Positions 39,101 to 47,391 of a stretch of DNA of 64,000 nucleotides are shown piece by piece. A program made the translations under genes and the position numbers. Each line of letters starts with the position of its first letter. Within the stretch, counting starts at the first letter, position 1. This DNA comes from Spirochaetota bacterium (GTDB lineage Bacteria > Spirochaetota > Spirochaetia > JABEVK01): contig JAIFLN010000055.1 of NCBI GenBank assembly GCA_020049045.1, positions 25,941 through 89,940 on the forward strand. Direction: 5' to 3'. Below the pieces are notes generated by a model, which ran no database searches, was not told the DNA's origin, and saw only the letters and a program-made list of their open reading frames with translations.

Positions 39101-40407
39101 CTCCAGTTAGAACCGGTCTGTTCGACCCAGCCGGAAGCCGCTGCCGCCAGATCATTCCATTGAAGGCTTTCTCCAGCGAAGAAAAGCCTCCGGTCGAGTC
39201 TACTGACGGATATTGTGCCGCTGGCAGTACCCCAGGAAGGGACAAACCACTGTTCCACGCGAAGCGTCCCTTCAGGAAACCAAGTTTCAGACTCCAGATT
39301 TCCATCAAACCCCAACCGGACTTGGTCCGTCTCTGCGAAGAAATTCTCAAACCAGAAGAGTGTGCCGGAAGATTTCACAGTTCCATCCATGCGGACGGAT
39401 TCTTTGTTGAAAGGTTCGGGAAGAGAACCCAGGGGCCATTGGGCACTGCCTGTAAAGGTGAAATCTCCCCACAATTGGTAAGAGAACTGCCCGGAGACGG
39501 TTCCTTCGGCCAGACCTGCCCAGAGTTTCTGGTCCTTGATGCGGATCAGCCGGGAGGGCCGAAAGTCTTCAGCAGCTCCCTTGAACTGCCACACGTTGGA
39601 GCTTGGATTCCAAACGGCCTGAAGATCGAGAGGAATTCGGTCAGCAACCTTAGTCAGTGAGACTTCTTGCGGCGAAACGGTGATCTGCAGGGTCAGCGGT
39701 TCCAGATCGAACCAGGAGGTTCTCACTAAAGAGGCTTCTGTCCTGAGGCGGAGATTCTGGAAAGCGGCATCGCTGCGCATTTCTCCCCTGACCGAAGTGC
39801 GGACATAGTCGCGTTTTCCTGTGGTGTCTTCCCAGGAAACGGCTCCCCGGTAGCGGAGACCCCATTGGTCTCCTTCAGGGGACAGGAGCAGGAACACTCT
39901 GTCGAGCGCCAGGGAACGAACTCCATCGGTCCAGCGGGCGGTCAGATTGAACCCTTCCACCTCAAAACCGAAAGCTGTGGAGCTCCCGGCGGTAGACGGC
40001 TGAAGAATCGAAAACCAGTGGTCCAACAGGGAGCGGTCTCTGCGTTCGTCGACGTTGAGGGTTCCGTTGATGATCTGAACTTTTCTGAGGGCTTCATTGA
40101 TGCGACCTTGGAACAGATCGTTCCAATCGAGGGACAACCGGATCGAGTTGGCGGTCAAAACCGGAGTGCCGTCGTCGGCAAGCACCCGGACATTTTGAAA
40201 CTCGAGGGCCGCCAAGACGTTAGGCGAAATCCTGTCGTAGATCACCTTCTGACCGACCAGCTCCTCAAATTGAGCCCAAACCAGGTCTCTCTGCTGTTGA
40301 ATCCAGCCATCGATCCGCAGCCAGATACCGGGCGTGAACCAGGCAACGACCACAAACAGCACCGCACCGAGGGTCAGGCTCCACCAGCGCTTGAGCCAGT
40401 GAATCAT
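36190..40407 (-). CDS. TamB/AsmA-like translocation and assembly module protein
   Basis: The protein is about 1400 aa with an N-terminal anchor (WWSLTLGAVLFVVVAW) and a long beta-rich body. The C-terminal DUF490-like end reads LFFGKYIGDDLFLQGT. The start is trimmed to the ATG at 40405-40407. Confidence 0.8.
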   Translation of the reverse strand: MIHWLKRWWSLTLGAVLFVVVAWFTPGIWLRIDGWIQQQRDLVWAQFEELVGQKVIYDRISPNVLAALEFQNVRVLADDGTPVLTANSIRLSLDWNDLFQGRINEALRKVQIINGTLNVDERRDRSLLDHWFSILQPSTAGSSTAFGFEVEGFNLTARWTDGVRSLALDRVFLLLSPEGDQWGLRYRGAVSWEDTTGKRDYVRTSVRGEMRSDAAFQNLRLRTEASLVRTSWFDLEPLTLQITVSPQEVSLTKVADRIPLDLQAVWNPSSNVWQFKGAAEDFRPSRLIRIKDQKLWAGLAEGTVSGQFSYQLWGDFTFTGSAQWPLGSLPEPFNKESVRMDGTVKSSGTLFWFENFFAETDQVRLGFDGNLESETWFPEGTLRVEQWFVPSWGTASGTISVSRLDRRLFFAGESLQWNDLAAAASGWVEQTGSNWSFEGSGVLKNTDGQFSTSGTFDPALWQVSAGIEFQSIPLAHTASEIQRYAPDFELPPELWALEVGTKAQIVLSPQDFVVLNSSFQFQDPEKPERNGFGMARWKDRQLELSNLEVQWDQVKAKGNLSAWFLEDGPIDWSLAGNLWDRAISLSGRWVPSDRTVVFSGSPGLRGSLHQNPAGLWSAELSLDPYEAWPGWILAFSSRGTWDGENWAIDADQVDFSGKYPWNQEDFRIRTQLTANSRHFRLDEMTLEDSRGRLSGAVSSSWSVDFSEPWAGRLSLATASTETESLTLDWVGEALDLWHFNLKASGIDITRLPLQGIQGIQGKLALSGTADWAGKEVNWSAQTALSESRIGETPLGFRANLSGTTRRLAVRSWNLSMNPVFITNGSLDWDADLQTWNATLGMGLRLGTGDWQSRWTTQGSWTGDPTSLQVEFNLNTKDNTWLRRSFPDGSLKGTWDKTSWQAVWGDGGLTAQGLSDGSFKLRAKDPFPIRAEADGVWKNNTFTVAVRDFQADLSMIKEFINSKSFALTSGTAIGGFTLSGSPSDPEVNGNLLLKNVTAESVFVRRPLGPVDIPLVAEGHRVWFDPVNVAPKGSTWMVSGTSRLDHLLPEEYQITIQTDSLSPIPGSYLYKGLSAIGDVTGLIVIKGTPLAVTLGGRLVIQDTLVTLKDSEPIWDSDGSLGFNADLTLVTGRKVEFLWPNATLPLLRAVTAGNQTLQFKSSDIANSWSLVGKVGLRTGEINYLNRTFLIKEGLLGFQENQNGFDPHLQVRAEWKYRETDGTTTVNLNADGTLAKFSPRFDAVPYKSADELQQLVGTTLALPTDYTKTTNLDTALSVASDVGTSFLLTPFEETVKKNFNLDLFTVKTEILKKSLLSRNGPMEASDYLDNTRLFFGKYIGDDLFLQGTLAFRRDGSIVTQVSPEMVVKPEFQMEFQTPFFLLNWTLLPQHPETLFVTDNTVTFRWNWSY

Positions 40408-41048
40408 CGGGGTCTTCCTGTTTCGAGACGCAGGTCCCAACGCAGCTGATAGTCTTCACCATTCAGGCTCGAAGGAAAAGAAACAGTTCGGAGATAGCTT
40501 TCCAGCCAATGATCCAGTTCGGGGTTGCCCGAATCGAGGCCCTCGATGGCAGAGGCAAAGCCACCTCCTCTTGGAACCGACAGCTGCAGGTTCCATTTTG
40601 CCCCCTGGGGGGGAGCCACTCCAGGGGGCGGCAAGGGCGGTGGTTCGTAACCTTCTCCTCCGGCAAGGGACCAGGAACCGGAAGAAGAGGACGAAGGTCT
40701 GACTGACTGTGTCACAGTCTCGGATACACTGCCTAGAAGTTCGTCAAGCAATACGGGAACAGGCGCCGTCAATGACTCAGCAGCGGCTGTCGGCGTGACA
40801 CCCTGCCAGGAAGGCAGTTCGGGTTCGGCTTGGCGGGAATCGGTACCTTGGACTCCTGACCACCAGTTTGTTTGGGATACGGTCTGTTTTCCCGGACCAG
40901 TATTGCCTCCACCCGATGAGACCAGCCGCATTTGCACCGCAGCGGGCGCGGGCGAGGCCTGCTGATAGACAAGGATGAGCAGAGTTGCCCCCACAAGGAG
41001 GTGGAACCCAAGGGATAGGAGCCAAGGATGACTCCTGGGGAGAAACAC
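40404..41048 (-). CDS. TonB-like energy transducer
   Basis: An N-terminal TM helix is followed by a Pro-rich spacer (EPPPLPPPGVAPP). The C-terminal LDSGNPELDHWLESYLRTVSFP resembles the TonB C-terminal domain. The gene follows exbB-exbD. Confidence 0.55.
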   Translation of the reverse strand: MFLPRSHPWLLSLGFHLLVGATLLILVYQQASPAPAAVQMRLVSSGGGNTGPGKQTVSQTNWWSGVQGTDSRQAEPELPSWQGVTPTAAAESLTAPVPVLLDELLGSVSETVTQSVRPSSSSSGSWSLAGGEGYEPPPLPPPGVAPPQGAKWNLQLSVPRGGGFASAIEGLDSGNPELDHWLESYLRTVSFPSSLNGEDYQLRWDLRLETGRPR

Positions 41049-41477
41049 TTAGCGGCCTCCCCTCGACTCTGTTAACAAGGAAAGGTCTGTGACTCCTTGA
41101 GCCCGCAGGGCATCCATCACCTGCACCAGAAGGGCGTAGGGAATCTGTTCATCCCCCTGGATTACCGCGGAGGGAGCCTTCTCTTTCGGCAGGGTGTCGA
41201 GCACCTGTCGGAGAACAGCCGGCAATCCGTCTACTGTCACATTCCGCCCCTGAATCAGGAGGGTGGAATCCCGGCTGATGGAAATCGTGAGCTGGTCGTC
41301 CGTCAGCAGTTCTCCTGTGCTGGCTTCTGGAAGTTGAACGTCAACAGCGGCACGGATCTGGAAACTCACCGCCAAAACAAAACAGAGAAGGACCAGCAGA
41401 ACATCGATGAACGGTGTCAGCAATAGGGACGGCGTCTCTGTTGTTTTGCGGCCCAAACGGGCCCGAAGATCAAGCAC
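41049..41477 (-). CDS. ExbD/TolR-family biopolymer transport protein
   Basis: LTPFIDVLLVLLCFVL is the TM helix, followed by a periplasmic domain (ISRDSTLLIQGRNVTVDGL...VIQGDEQIPYALLVQVMDAL). I trimmed the start to the GTG at 41475-41477. Confidence 0.8.
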   Translation of the reverse strand: MLDLRARLGRKTTETPSLLLTPFIDVLLVLLCFVLAVSFQIRAAVDVQLPEASTGELLTDDQLTISISRDSTLLIQGRNVTVDGLPAVLRQVLDTLPKEKAPSAVIQGDEQIPYALLVQVMDALRAQGVTDLSLLTESRGGR

Positions 41478-42048
41478 TGCCGTTCCCCGGTCCAACAGGC
41501 AGGAGCGCGGAGAGCAGCGCTTCCATTTGCGAAGCCACCTCGGCGATTTGCCTTTGAAATACCGCATGGGCAGTCAGACTGGGAATGGCTGTCACCAACC
41601 CCATGGCGGTTGCCACCAGTGCTTGTCCCAGTCCTCCCGCCAGGGAGGAAGGATCGGCTCCGCCACCGCTGCGCAGTGCCAGAAAGGCGCCGATCATACC
41701 TACTACGGTACCAAACAAACCCGTCAAGGTGGCAATGTTCGCCAGAGCAGGAAAGTACGTCATGCGGTTCTCAAGATCTGCCAGAAGGGACTGTGCCCGA
41801 GCTTGAAGCAAATTCGAGGGCTCGCTGGAATACATCAGGATCACTCCAAGGGGGTGTTCTGGGGGAACACCCTCTCCAGTACGCTGGCCAGCCGCCACCC
41901 GATCCAACAATGCTGCAAACTTCTGCGGTGTCAGGGCCTTGGCCGAACCAAGCTTTTGGGCCTTCTGAACAATCAACCCTCCGCTGTACACGGACAGGGC
42001 GAGAAGAGGAAGAAGGTAGGGTCCCATGGACCAAAGAAATTCCATCAT
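41470..42048 (-). CDS. MotA/TolQ/ExbB-family proton channel
   Basis: The sequence LANIATLTGLFGTVVGMIGAF...ALVATAMGLVTAIP is typical of the family. I trimmed the start to the ATG at 42046-42048. Confidence 0.85.
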   Translation of the reverse strand: MMEFLWSMGPYLLPLLALSVYSGGLIVQKAQKLGSAKALTPQKFAALLDRVAAGQRTGEGVPPEHPLGVILMYSSEPSNLLQARAQSLLADLENRMTYFPALANIATLTGLFGTVVGMIGAFLALRSGGGADPSSLAGGLGQALVATAMGLVTAIPSLTAHAVFQRQIAEVASQMEALLSALLPVGPGNGSA

Positions 42049-42287
42049 AAGGGTGTCTCCGACAAAAGCAACGGTGGTAAAACCCAAGGTACGGGAACAG
42101 GATCAGGGACGATGGAGATCCAACGAGGCAAGGGAGGTTCCACAGGCCCTTCGGTGAGAGGTCCCTCCGGCGCTGTCAGAAAATCGACGTCGAAGACCTC
42201 AAGCTCGGTGGTTCCAAAGGGTTGAGCCTGGATGACCAAGGGTTGGAAAAGTCCTATGATAAGAACCGCAATCCGTAAGGGGCGCAC
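42045..42287 (-). CDS. small secreted hypothetical protein upstream of exbB
   Basis: I trimmed the start to the GTG at 42285-42287 (VRPLRIAVLIIGLFQPLVIQAQ, signal-like). Its TGA overlaps the exbB ATG as ATGA. The longer track version would overlap tmk. Confidence 0.45.
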   Translation of the reverse strand: MRPLRIAVLIIGLFQPLVIQAQPFGTTELEVFDVDFLTAPEGPLTEGPVEPPLPRWISIVPDPVPVPWVLPPLLLSETPL

Positions 42288-42304
42288 ACCAGGAGTATAC
42301 CCGA

Positions 42305-42949
42305 ATGCCCGACAAAAACAACGGTCTTGATGGGTTTGGAAGAGAGGTGCTGAAGGGCTTTTTTGTCCTGGAAGGGATAGATGGAGCCGGCACCACCACA
42401 CAGTTGAAACGACTTGAATTGCGGGCCCGCAGCGAAAAGATCCCGCTGAGAGCCGATTGCGAACCTACCGCGCACCCAGTCGGGGTTCTGATCCGCTCGA
42501 TACTGCGCCACCAAGTCCAGGCTCATCCGGCAGTGCTGGCACCTTTGTTTGCCGCCGACCGCCGGCAGCACCTGGATGGCGAGGGCGGTATCAGACAGGC
42601 TTTGACAGACGGAACCAGGGTTGTGAGTGACCGGTACTTTTTTTCCTCGATGGCTTATCAGAGTCTCGACCTTCCCTGGGAGGAAGTTTGGGCGTTGAAT
42701 GCTTCCTTCCCCCTGCCGGAAGTTCTCTTCTGGTTTGAGGTTCCCGTCGCTGAGGCACAGGCTCGGATAGACCGCCGCGGACAAACCCGGGAACAATTCG
42801 AAGATGCCCCTACACAGCAGAAAATTCGTCTTGCCTACCACCGTTCCCTCGAGCAGGCCGAGGCCGAGGGTCTGGAAATCGTCAGGCTGGACGCCTCTTT
42901 GCCCATTGAAACTCTGACGGACTCCATTTGGGAACGTATCTGCCGATAA
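42305..42949 (+). CDS. tmk: thymidylate kinase
   Basis: Supporting motifs are FFVLEGIDGAGTTTQ, VVSDRYFFSSMAYQ and a lid-region RIDRRGQ. The start could instead be the GTG at 42347. Confidence 0.9.
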   Translation: MPDKNNGLDGFGREVLKGFFVLEGIDGAGTTTQLKRLELRARSEKIPLRADCEPTAHPVGVLIRSILRHQVQAHPAVLAPLFAADRRQHLDGEGGIRQALTDGTRVVSDRYFFSSMAYQSLDLPWEEVWALNASFPLPEVLFWFEVPVAEAQARIDRRGQTREQFEDAPTQQKIRLAYHRSLEQAEAEGLEIVRLDASLPIETLTDSIWERICR

Positions 42950-42956
42950 TGATTCT

Positions 42957-43556
42957 ATGAAGCGTTTTTTAGCCTTGGGCCTTTTAGCCTTGGTGGCGGC
43001 CGCCCCTGTTTCTGCTTACAAAATTCTCTATGCCGAACAGTGGTATAAGCTGGTGCACCGCCACCTTTCAGAGACCTCCGACGATGCCCTGGAAAACATT
43101 TACTACCTCGAAAGGGCATTGCGCGCAGATTTTGCCAATCCCTTGAACGCTCTGACACCAATTAAAAATGAGAAAGAATGGACCAGATACCGGGCCTTGT
43201 TCCGAATGCACGTGAATCTCCTTCTCGTACAGCAAACCTTGATTCTGGGATCCAATTTTGACAAGCAGCAGGCATACTTTTACAACTACCCCTGGAAATG
43301 GGCCAACCTGGACAGTCTCAAAAAAGCTGAACAGATCTACAACAACGCTTTAGGCTACTGGAAAGACGCCTTGACCTACAGCGTTGAAGCGGCCAACACT
43401 CCCCCTCTTTGGTTTGAGAATCTTCAGTTTTGGATTGACGAACAGAATCGCATCGAAACGGGAGAGCTGAATTATGAAAAAATCATTGGAAAGCAGTTGG
43501 AAAGGCTGAACAAGGTCAGAAGTGACTTTGAGGCAATGGGTCCCCAGACTTACTGA
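42957..43556 (+). CDS. secreted hypothetical protein
   Basis: The signal peptide is MKRFLALGLLALVAAAPVSAYK. I recognise no other motif. Confidence 0.6.
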   Translation: MKRFLALGLLALVAAAPVSAYKILYAEQWYKLVHRHLSETSDDALENIYYLERALRADFANPLNALTPIKNEKEWTRYRALFRMHVNLLLVQQTLILGSNFDKQQAYFYNYPWKWANLDSLKKAEQIYNNALGYWKDALTYSVEAANTPPLWFENLQFWIDEQNRIETGELNYEKIIGKQLERLNKVRSDFEAMGPQTY

Positions 43557-45001
43557 CCAGCAAAGCTCAGGAACCGCCGGATTCGGCCGGGTTGGGCCCA
43601 GTTGCAGGTTCCTGCCATACGTTGATCCTGCAGATGGGCCTCCAGATGGTTGCAGGCAAACAGCTCGACAATCCTTTCCCCTTCGGCCACTGACATGACC
43701 GGAAGGAAGGCCTGCAGGGCTTGGTTGGCCTGCCAGGGTTTTCCATTCCAGCTCGCGAGCACCTTGGGACGAAATGTGGAATTGCCAAAGGACGGCCAAA
43801 CAACCTTTGCCGGTACAAAACAATAGGGTCCTACCCCCAGCAAGGACCACCAAGATCCCTTTTTCATGGCAGCCCCGATCAGCACGCCACGCCGTTTGGA
43901 AAGTCTTTCGCGGTGTGAAAGCAAATAGTCGAACAACCCTGCCTTACGCAACTCCTGTTCACTCAATGGCCGCCCGTTGGAATGATACGGCAGCAGAATG
44001 TACTTTTCTGGCGATGTAGCGGTTCCTCGAAGCAGCCGGGTTGTGACCAGCGGAAAAAGATATTCAGGGTTGAGATGGTCGGGATACTGTGAAAAGACGA
44101 AGACGTCGGTTGCCCCGCAGGTATTGATTCCTTGCCTGGGTTTTTGCCAGGCCTCGACGTGAATTTGAGGAAGCTGAAACGAGGCGATTTCGGTGTCCGT
44201 TTTTACCGACAAAGGAGAGCCTGCAGGCCCCACTGGCGCAGCAAACAAGGACTGCCAGCCCTGGTCAGACTCAGCGAAATACGGAATTGGATAAACAGTC
44301 TCTTGCCCCAAAAGAAACTGAACAAAACAGAACCTGGTACGGATTCCAGGGAAGACTTTTGTTTTCTGGAAATCATAAATACACTCAAGCTTGACAGGTA
44401 CTCCATCAAAAAGCCATTGGCGGAGAGTAGCATGAGCCCCGTCGTTGAAGAACAACGATGCCGGCAGAAAAAAACCACATTGAGCACCTGTTTTGGTGAG
44501 GCGACGAAACGCAGAGGATAAAATCAGAGCTGCCAGATCCACTCTGGACGCTCCCAGAAGAACCTCACTGCTGCTGCGAACTAACCCCGACTCGATAAAG
44601 TGGGGGGCTAAGGTTTTTTTTAAGGATGGAGAAAGTTCGGTAAAATTGATCCACGGAGGGTTTCCAACCAGATTGTCAAACTGCATCGGAGGAGGATCAG
44701 TGATCACATCGGTGCAGATCAGGTTGCTGCTCGGAAAATCCAGACTGAATTCCTGTCGGAAGGCTTGCTGAAAACGACTCAGCAGAAGCTGTTCCTTTTC
44801 AATCAGAAACAATCGCTGCAACAGTTCGGAAGAGAGCGTTAGTCCCTGGCGGCAATGCTGACGTACCAGGGAGAGCAGAAAAATGCCCTCACCACCCGTG
44901 GGATCGCAGACAGTTTGCCCCTGATGCCAGCGCGAAAGGGTTTGCATCTGGTTGAGAGCCCAATCAGCCCAGATTGCCGGTGTGAAGACAGCGCCGATCA
45001 T
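43550..45001 (-). CDS. gamma-class N6-adenine DNA methyltransferase (Eco57I/TaqI-like), orphan
   Basis: Motif I is VCDPTGGEGIFLL and motif IV is LVGNPPWINF. A long C-terminal region has the size of a target recognition domain. I prefer the ATG at 44999-45001 (MIGAVFTP), which overlaps the upstream TGA as ATGA. Confidence 0.8.
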   Translation of the reverse strand: MIGAVFTPAIWADWALNQMQTLSRWHQGQTVCDPTGGEGIFLLSLVRQHCRQGLTLSSELLQRLFLIEKEQLLLSRFQQAFRQEFSLDFPSSNLICTDVITDPPPMQFDNLVGNPPWINFTELSPSLKKTLAPHFIESGLVRSSSEVLLGASRVDLAALILSSAFRRLTKTGAQCGFFLPASLFFNDGAHATLRQWLFDGVPVKLECIYDFQKTKVFPGIRTRFCFVQFLLGQETVYPIPYFAESDQGWQSLFAAPVGPAGSPLSVKTDTEIASFQLPQIHVEAWQKPRQGINTCGATDVFVFSQYPDHLNPEYLFPLVTTRLLRGTATSPEKYILLPYHSNGRPLSEQELRKAGLFDYLLSHRERLSKRRGVLIGAAMKKGSWWSLLGVGPYCFVPAKVVWPSFGNSTFRPKVLASWNGKPWQANQALQAFLPVMSVAEGERIVELFACNHLEAHLQDQRMAGTCNWAQPGRIRRFLSFAGQ

Positions 45002-45966
45002 AGAAACAGGTTTCGCAGTTTTTCCTGGTCCAAATGACTTCCTATCACCACCAGCTGTCGCCAAGATGGCAGGTCAGCAGCTGCCGAACGGCCTGCCAAT
45101 TCGGTAAACGTCAATGCGCCATCGACCCAGGACACGTCGTTCCAGGCACCTTCGATCATTGTTCGGCCTTTCGCCCGCAGTATCTTGCCGTACTGGTGCT
45201 CGGAAAGCGACTGAAGGCACTCTTCAAGCTTTGGGCGGACGGAGTTCTCTGGCAATGCCAACGAAACCATTTCCAGCCCGTGACCCGGCACCGTTTTTGG
45301 TTGAAATCGCGGTTTCCGAGCCAGTCGATCTTCCAGGGTAGTCTGGAACAGGGCGTCCAGGATTTCAGAACCCATGCCTGAAGGGTCGGCAAAACACAGC
45401 TGCGCTGTCGGATTCAGCCCCGCCAGCATCGACAGGAGGGCCGCCCTGCCCGCTTCCTCGAGATTCTGGGCCTTGCTGACCGCTAGGTGATCGGCGTATC
45501 GTGTCTGCCGTTTGAGAAAGTCCTGAAACATAGGATTGCCTTTGGCTAATCCGAGGGCATCGACAACAGTAATCAAGCTTTCAAGGCGACAGAGAGGGAG
45601 AAATTCGGGACCCTCCAGAATTTCGAGCACACCGTCGGGTATGAAAATGCCGGAAGGTTCAAAGAAAATTCTGTCTGGTGGAGGTTCGGTTTCGAGGATA
45701 GCAGTCAATGTCGCGGCAAAATCCGTTTTCAAGGTGCAGCAGATGCAACCCTGATTGAGCTCGTGAACATCGATTCCGCTTTGAGCCAGAACGGCGGCAT
45801 CGAGTCCGACGGCACCGAATTCATTTTCAATGACCACGGAGTGCTCTCCAAGAGCAATGCTTCGGAGAATCATCTGGCGCAAGAGTGTTGTTTTTCCTGC
45901 ACCGAGAAACCCGGAGACGATGGTTACTTTGACGAGCTTCTTATCCATGAATTTCGATGTCTCCAT
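44998..45966 (-). CDS. COG0523 / CobW-family G3E GTPase (metallochaperone)
   Basis: The P-loop is VTIVSGFLGAGKTTLL and the metal motif is GCICCT. The ENEFG motif is also present. The start is the ATG at 45966 or at 45948, and both overlap the end of the upstream regulator gene. Confidence 0.8.
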   Translation of the reverse strand: METSKFMDKKLVKVTIVSGFLGAGKTTLLRQMILRSIALGEHSVVIENEFGAVGLDAAVLAQSGIDVHELNQGCICCTLKTDFAATLTAILETEPPPDRIFFEPSGIFIPDGVLEILEGPEFLPLCRLESLITVVDALGLAKGNPMFQDFLKRQTRYADHLAVSKAQNLEEAGRAALLSMLAGLNPTAQLCFADPSGMGSEILDALFQTTLEDRLARKPRFQPKTVPGHGLEMVSLALPENSVRPKLEECLQSLSEHQYGKILRAKGRTMIEGAWNDVSWVDGALTFTELAGRSAAADLPSWRQLVVIGSHLDQEKLRNLFL

Positions 45967-47266
45967 CTCCTTGACCCCGGGACTCCCGGAAACGCCCTGG
46001 TGATTGACCTGTAAATCGTTTGAAAACTTTGGAAAAGTAGCTCTGATCATCAAAACCAACCATTCCGGCCACATCAATCAGCGGAATCGTCCTTTCACGC
46101 AGCAAGATTTTGCTTTTATCTATGCGTACGCCGCCGAGGTAGTCCACAAAGCTTTTCCCCATCTCATCCTTGAAAATTTTGCTGAAATGGGAAGGGCTCA
46201 TATGGACATGGTTGGCCACGTCCTGAAGACCGATTTTGCGTCCATAGTTGGCGTTCATATAATGGATGGCTTTTTGAATGAGGTCGGCGTGTTTGACAGA
46301 TTTGAGATTGAACACACAATCGGAAAACCTCTTGAGAATACGGGCCAACCAAGCCGCAATGTCGTCGATGTCTGTCATGCGCTGGAGCTGAAGCAGATAG
46401 TTGTTATTGAGCCCGAAGACTTCCTCAATCGAGGCCCCTCCCTCCAGCGCTGCCCTTGATAGAAGAACCACCAATTCCTGCACGCGGATACGGATACGAG
46501 GCACATCGTTGCCATTGAAGAAGAAAATAAAACCGAGGATTTCGTTCAGGACTTTCTGCGAATTGATTTTGTCACCCTTGGTGATCAGAGAAAGCAGTTC
46601 CCGTTCCTTTTCAACCGGATAGCGGATGTCGCGCTTTCCATCGGTACTTTGTTTGAGTTCATGGATGTATTCGGCGATGCGGGAGCTCTGTGTCGTAGCC
46701 ACAGAATGATTTTTCTGCTTTCCCCCCAGTTCCGACGAAAGACCAGCCGCCACTCGGAACAGACTTTCCGTCAAGGCTGTGACCCTGCTTGGATCAATAT
46801 AGGGTATGGCCTTCAAAAGAGTCCGCAACAGCGCTTGCTGCCCTTGGGACAAGGATCCGGGAATAGGCATTTCTTCCAGCAGGTACTCGTCGGGGTCTAT
46901 CAAGAGAACGGGACCACCGATCAGATTGGCAACAACATGATCATCAAAGAAAACAGGAACAGCCCAATGGGTCATGCTGCTGGGGCAAAAGTAGATGTAG
47001 CGACCACCAAACCGTTCTGCCTGATAGGCTCCATAACGATGAACCGTTGTGCATTCTTGGCTGGCCTTAAGCTCAAGCTCGACGGCTTTCCGACAGAACT
47101 GACAGGCTGACCGTGCAACTTCCTTGATCAGCGGACGGCCATCAATTCCATTAACCTGGCAACAGACTCCTGTTGCTTCCTGAAACTGCGCGGCTGCAGT
47201 TAGAAGTAACGTCCGCTGTTCTGCAGTCAGTTCGGAAGCTTCGGTGAAAGGACTTTTAGGACTCAC
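45941..47266 (-). CDS. PocR-sensor-domain AraC-family transcriptional regulator
   Basis: The N-terminus CQFCRK...ECTTVHRYGAYQAERFGGRYIYFCPSSMTHWAVPV is a PocR-like Cys pattern. The C-terminus has the AraC double HTH (LQDVANHVHMSPSHFSKIFK...VGFDDQSYFSKVFKRFTGQSP). The start is the GTG at 47266 or the ATG at 47314. Confidence 0.8.
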   Translation of the reverse strand: MSPKSPFTEASELTAEQRTLLLTAAAQFQEATGVCCQVNGIDGRPLIKEVARSACQFCRKAVELELKASQECTTVHRYGAYQAERFGGRYIYFCPSSMTHWAVPVFFDDHVVANLIGGPVLLIDPDEYLLEEMPIPGSLSQGQQALLRTLLKAIPYIDPSRVTALTESLFRVAAGLSSELGGKQKNHSVATTQSSRIAEYIHELKQSTDGKRDIRYPVEKERELLSLITKGDKINSQKVLNEILGFIFFFNGNDVPRIRIRVQELVVLLSRAALEGGASIEEVFGLNNNYLLQLQRMTDIDDIAAWLARILKRFSDCVFNLKSVKHADLIQKAIHYMNANYGRKIGLQDVANHVHMSPSHFSKIFKDEMGKSFVDYLGGVRIDKSKILLRERTIPLIDVAGMVGFDDQSYFSKVFKRFTGQSPGRFRESRGQGDGDIEIHG

Positions 47267-47275
47267 AGTAGGGAC

Positions 47276-47284
47276 ATTATACCA
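47276..47284 (-). promoter_or_regulatory. possible extended -10 element (TGgTATAAT) for the regulator-GTPase-methyltransferase operon
   Basis: The minus strand reads TGGTATAAT about 10 nt upstream of the GTG at 47266. No good -35 is present. If the ATG at 47314 is the true start, this element is coding. Confidence 0.25.
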
Positions 47285-47391
47285 GAATTCCAGCAAGTGG
47301 GCACAGATGTGCAAGGCATCACAAAACTTTCCAATACGGCCGCCTTTTTGAAGACTACGGTGACAACATCACGTTTCCTTGGAGGGATTTC

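Noticed and set aside
42957-45966. A restriction endonuclease or specificity partner that would make the N6-methyltransferase part of an R-M or other defence system.
   Set aside because: The flanking genes are a CobW-type GTPase with P-loop and CxCC motifs, and a small secreted protein. Neither has nuclease motifs, and no mobile-element genes are present.
47267-47391. A possible cobalamin riboswitch upstream of the MtaB-like gene or the cob genes.
   Set aside because: The spacer is only 125 nt and I see no B12-box-like GCCACTG core or matching helices. The cob genes themselves have no leader because they overlap upstream genes. A covariance-model scan would be needed for certainty.
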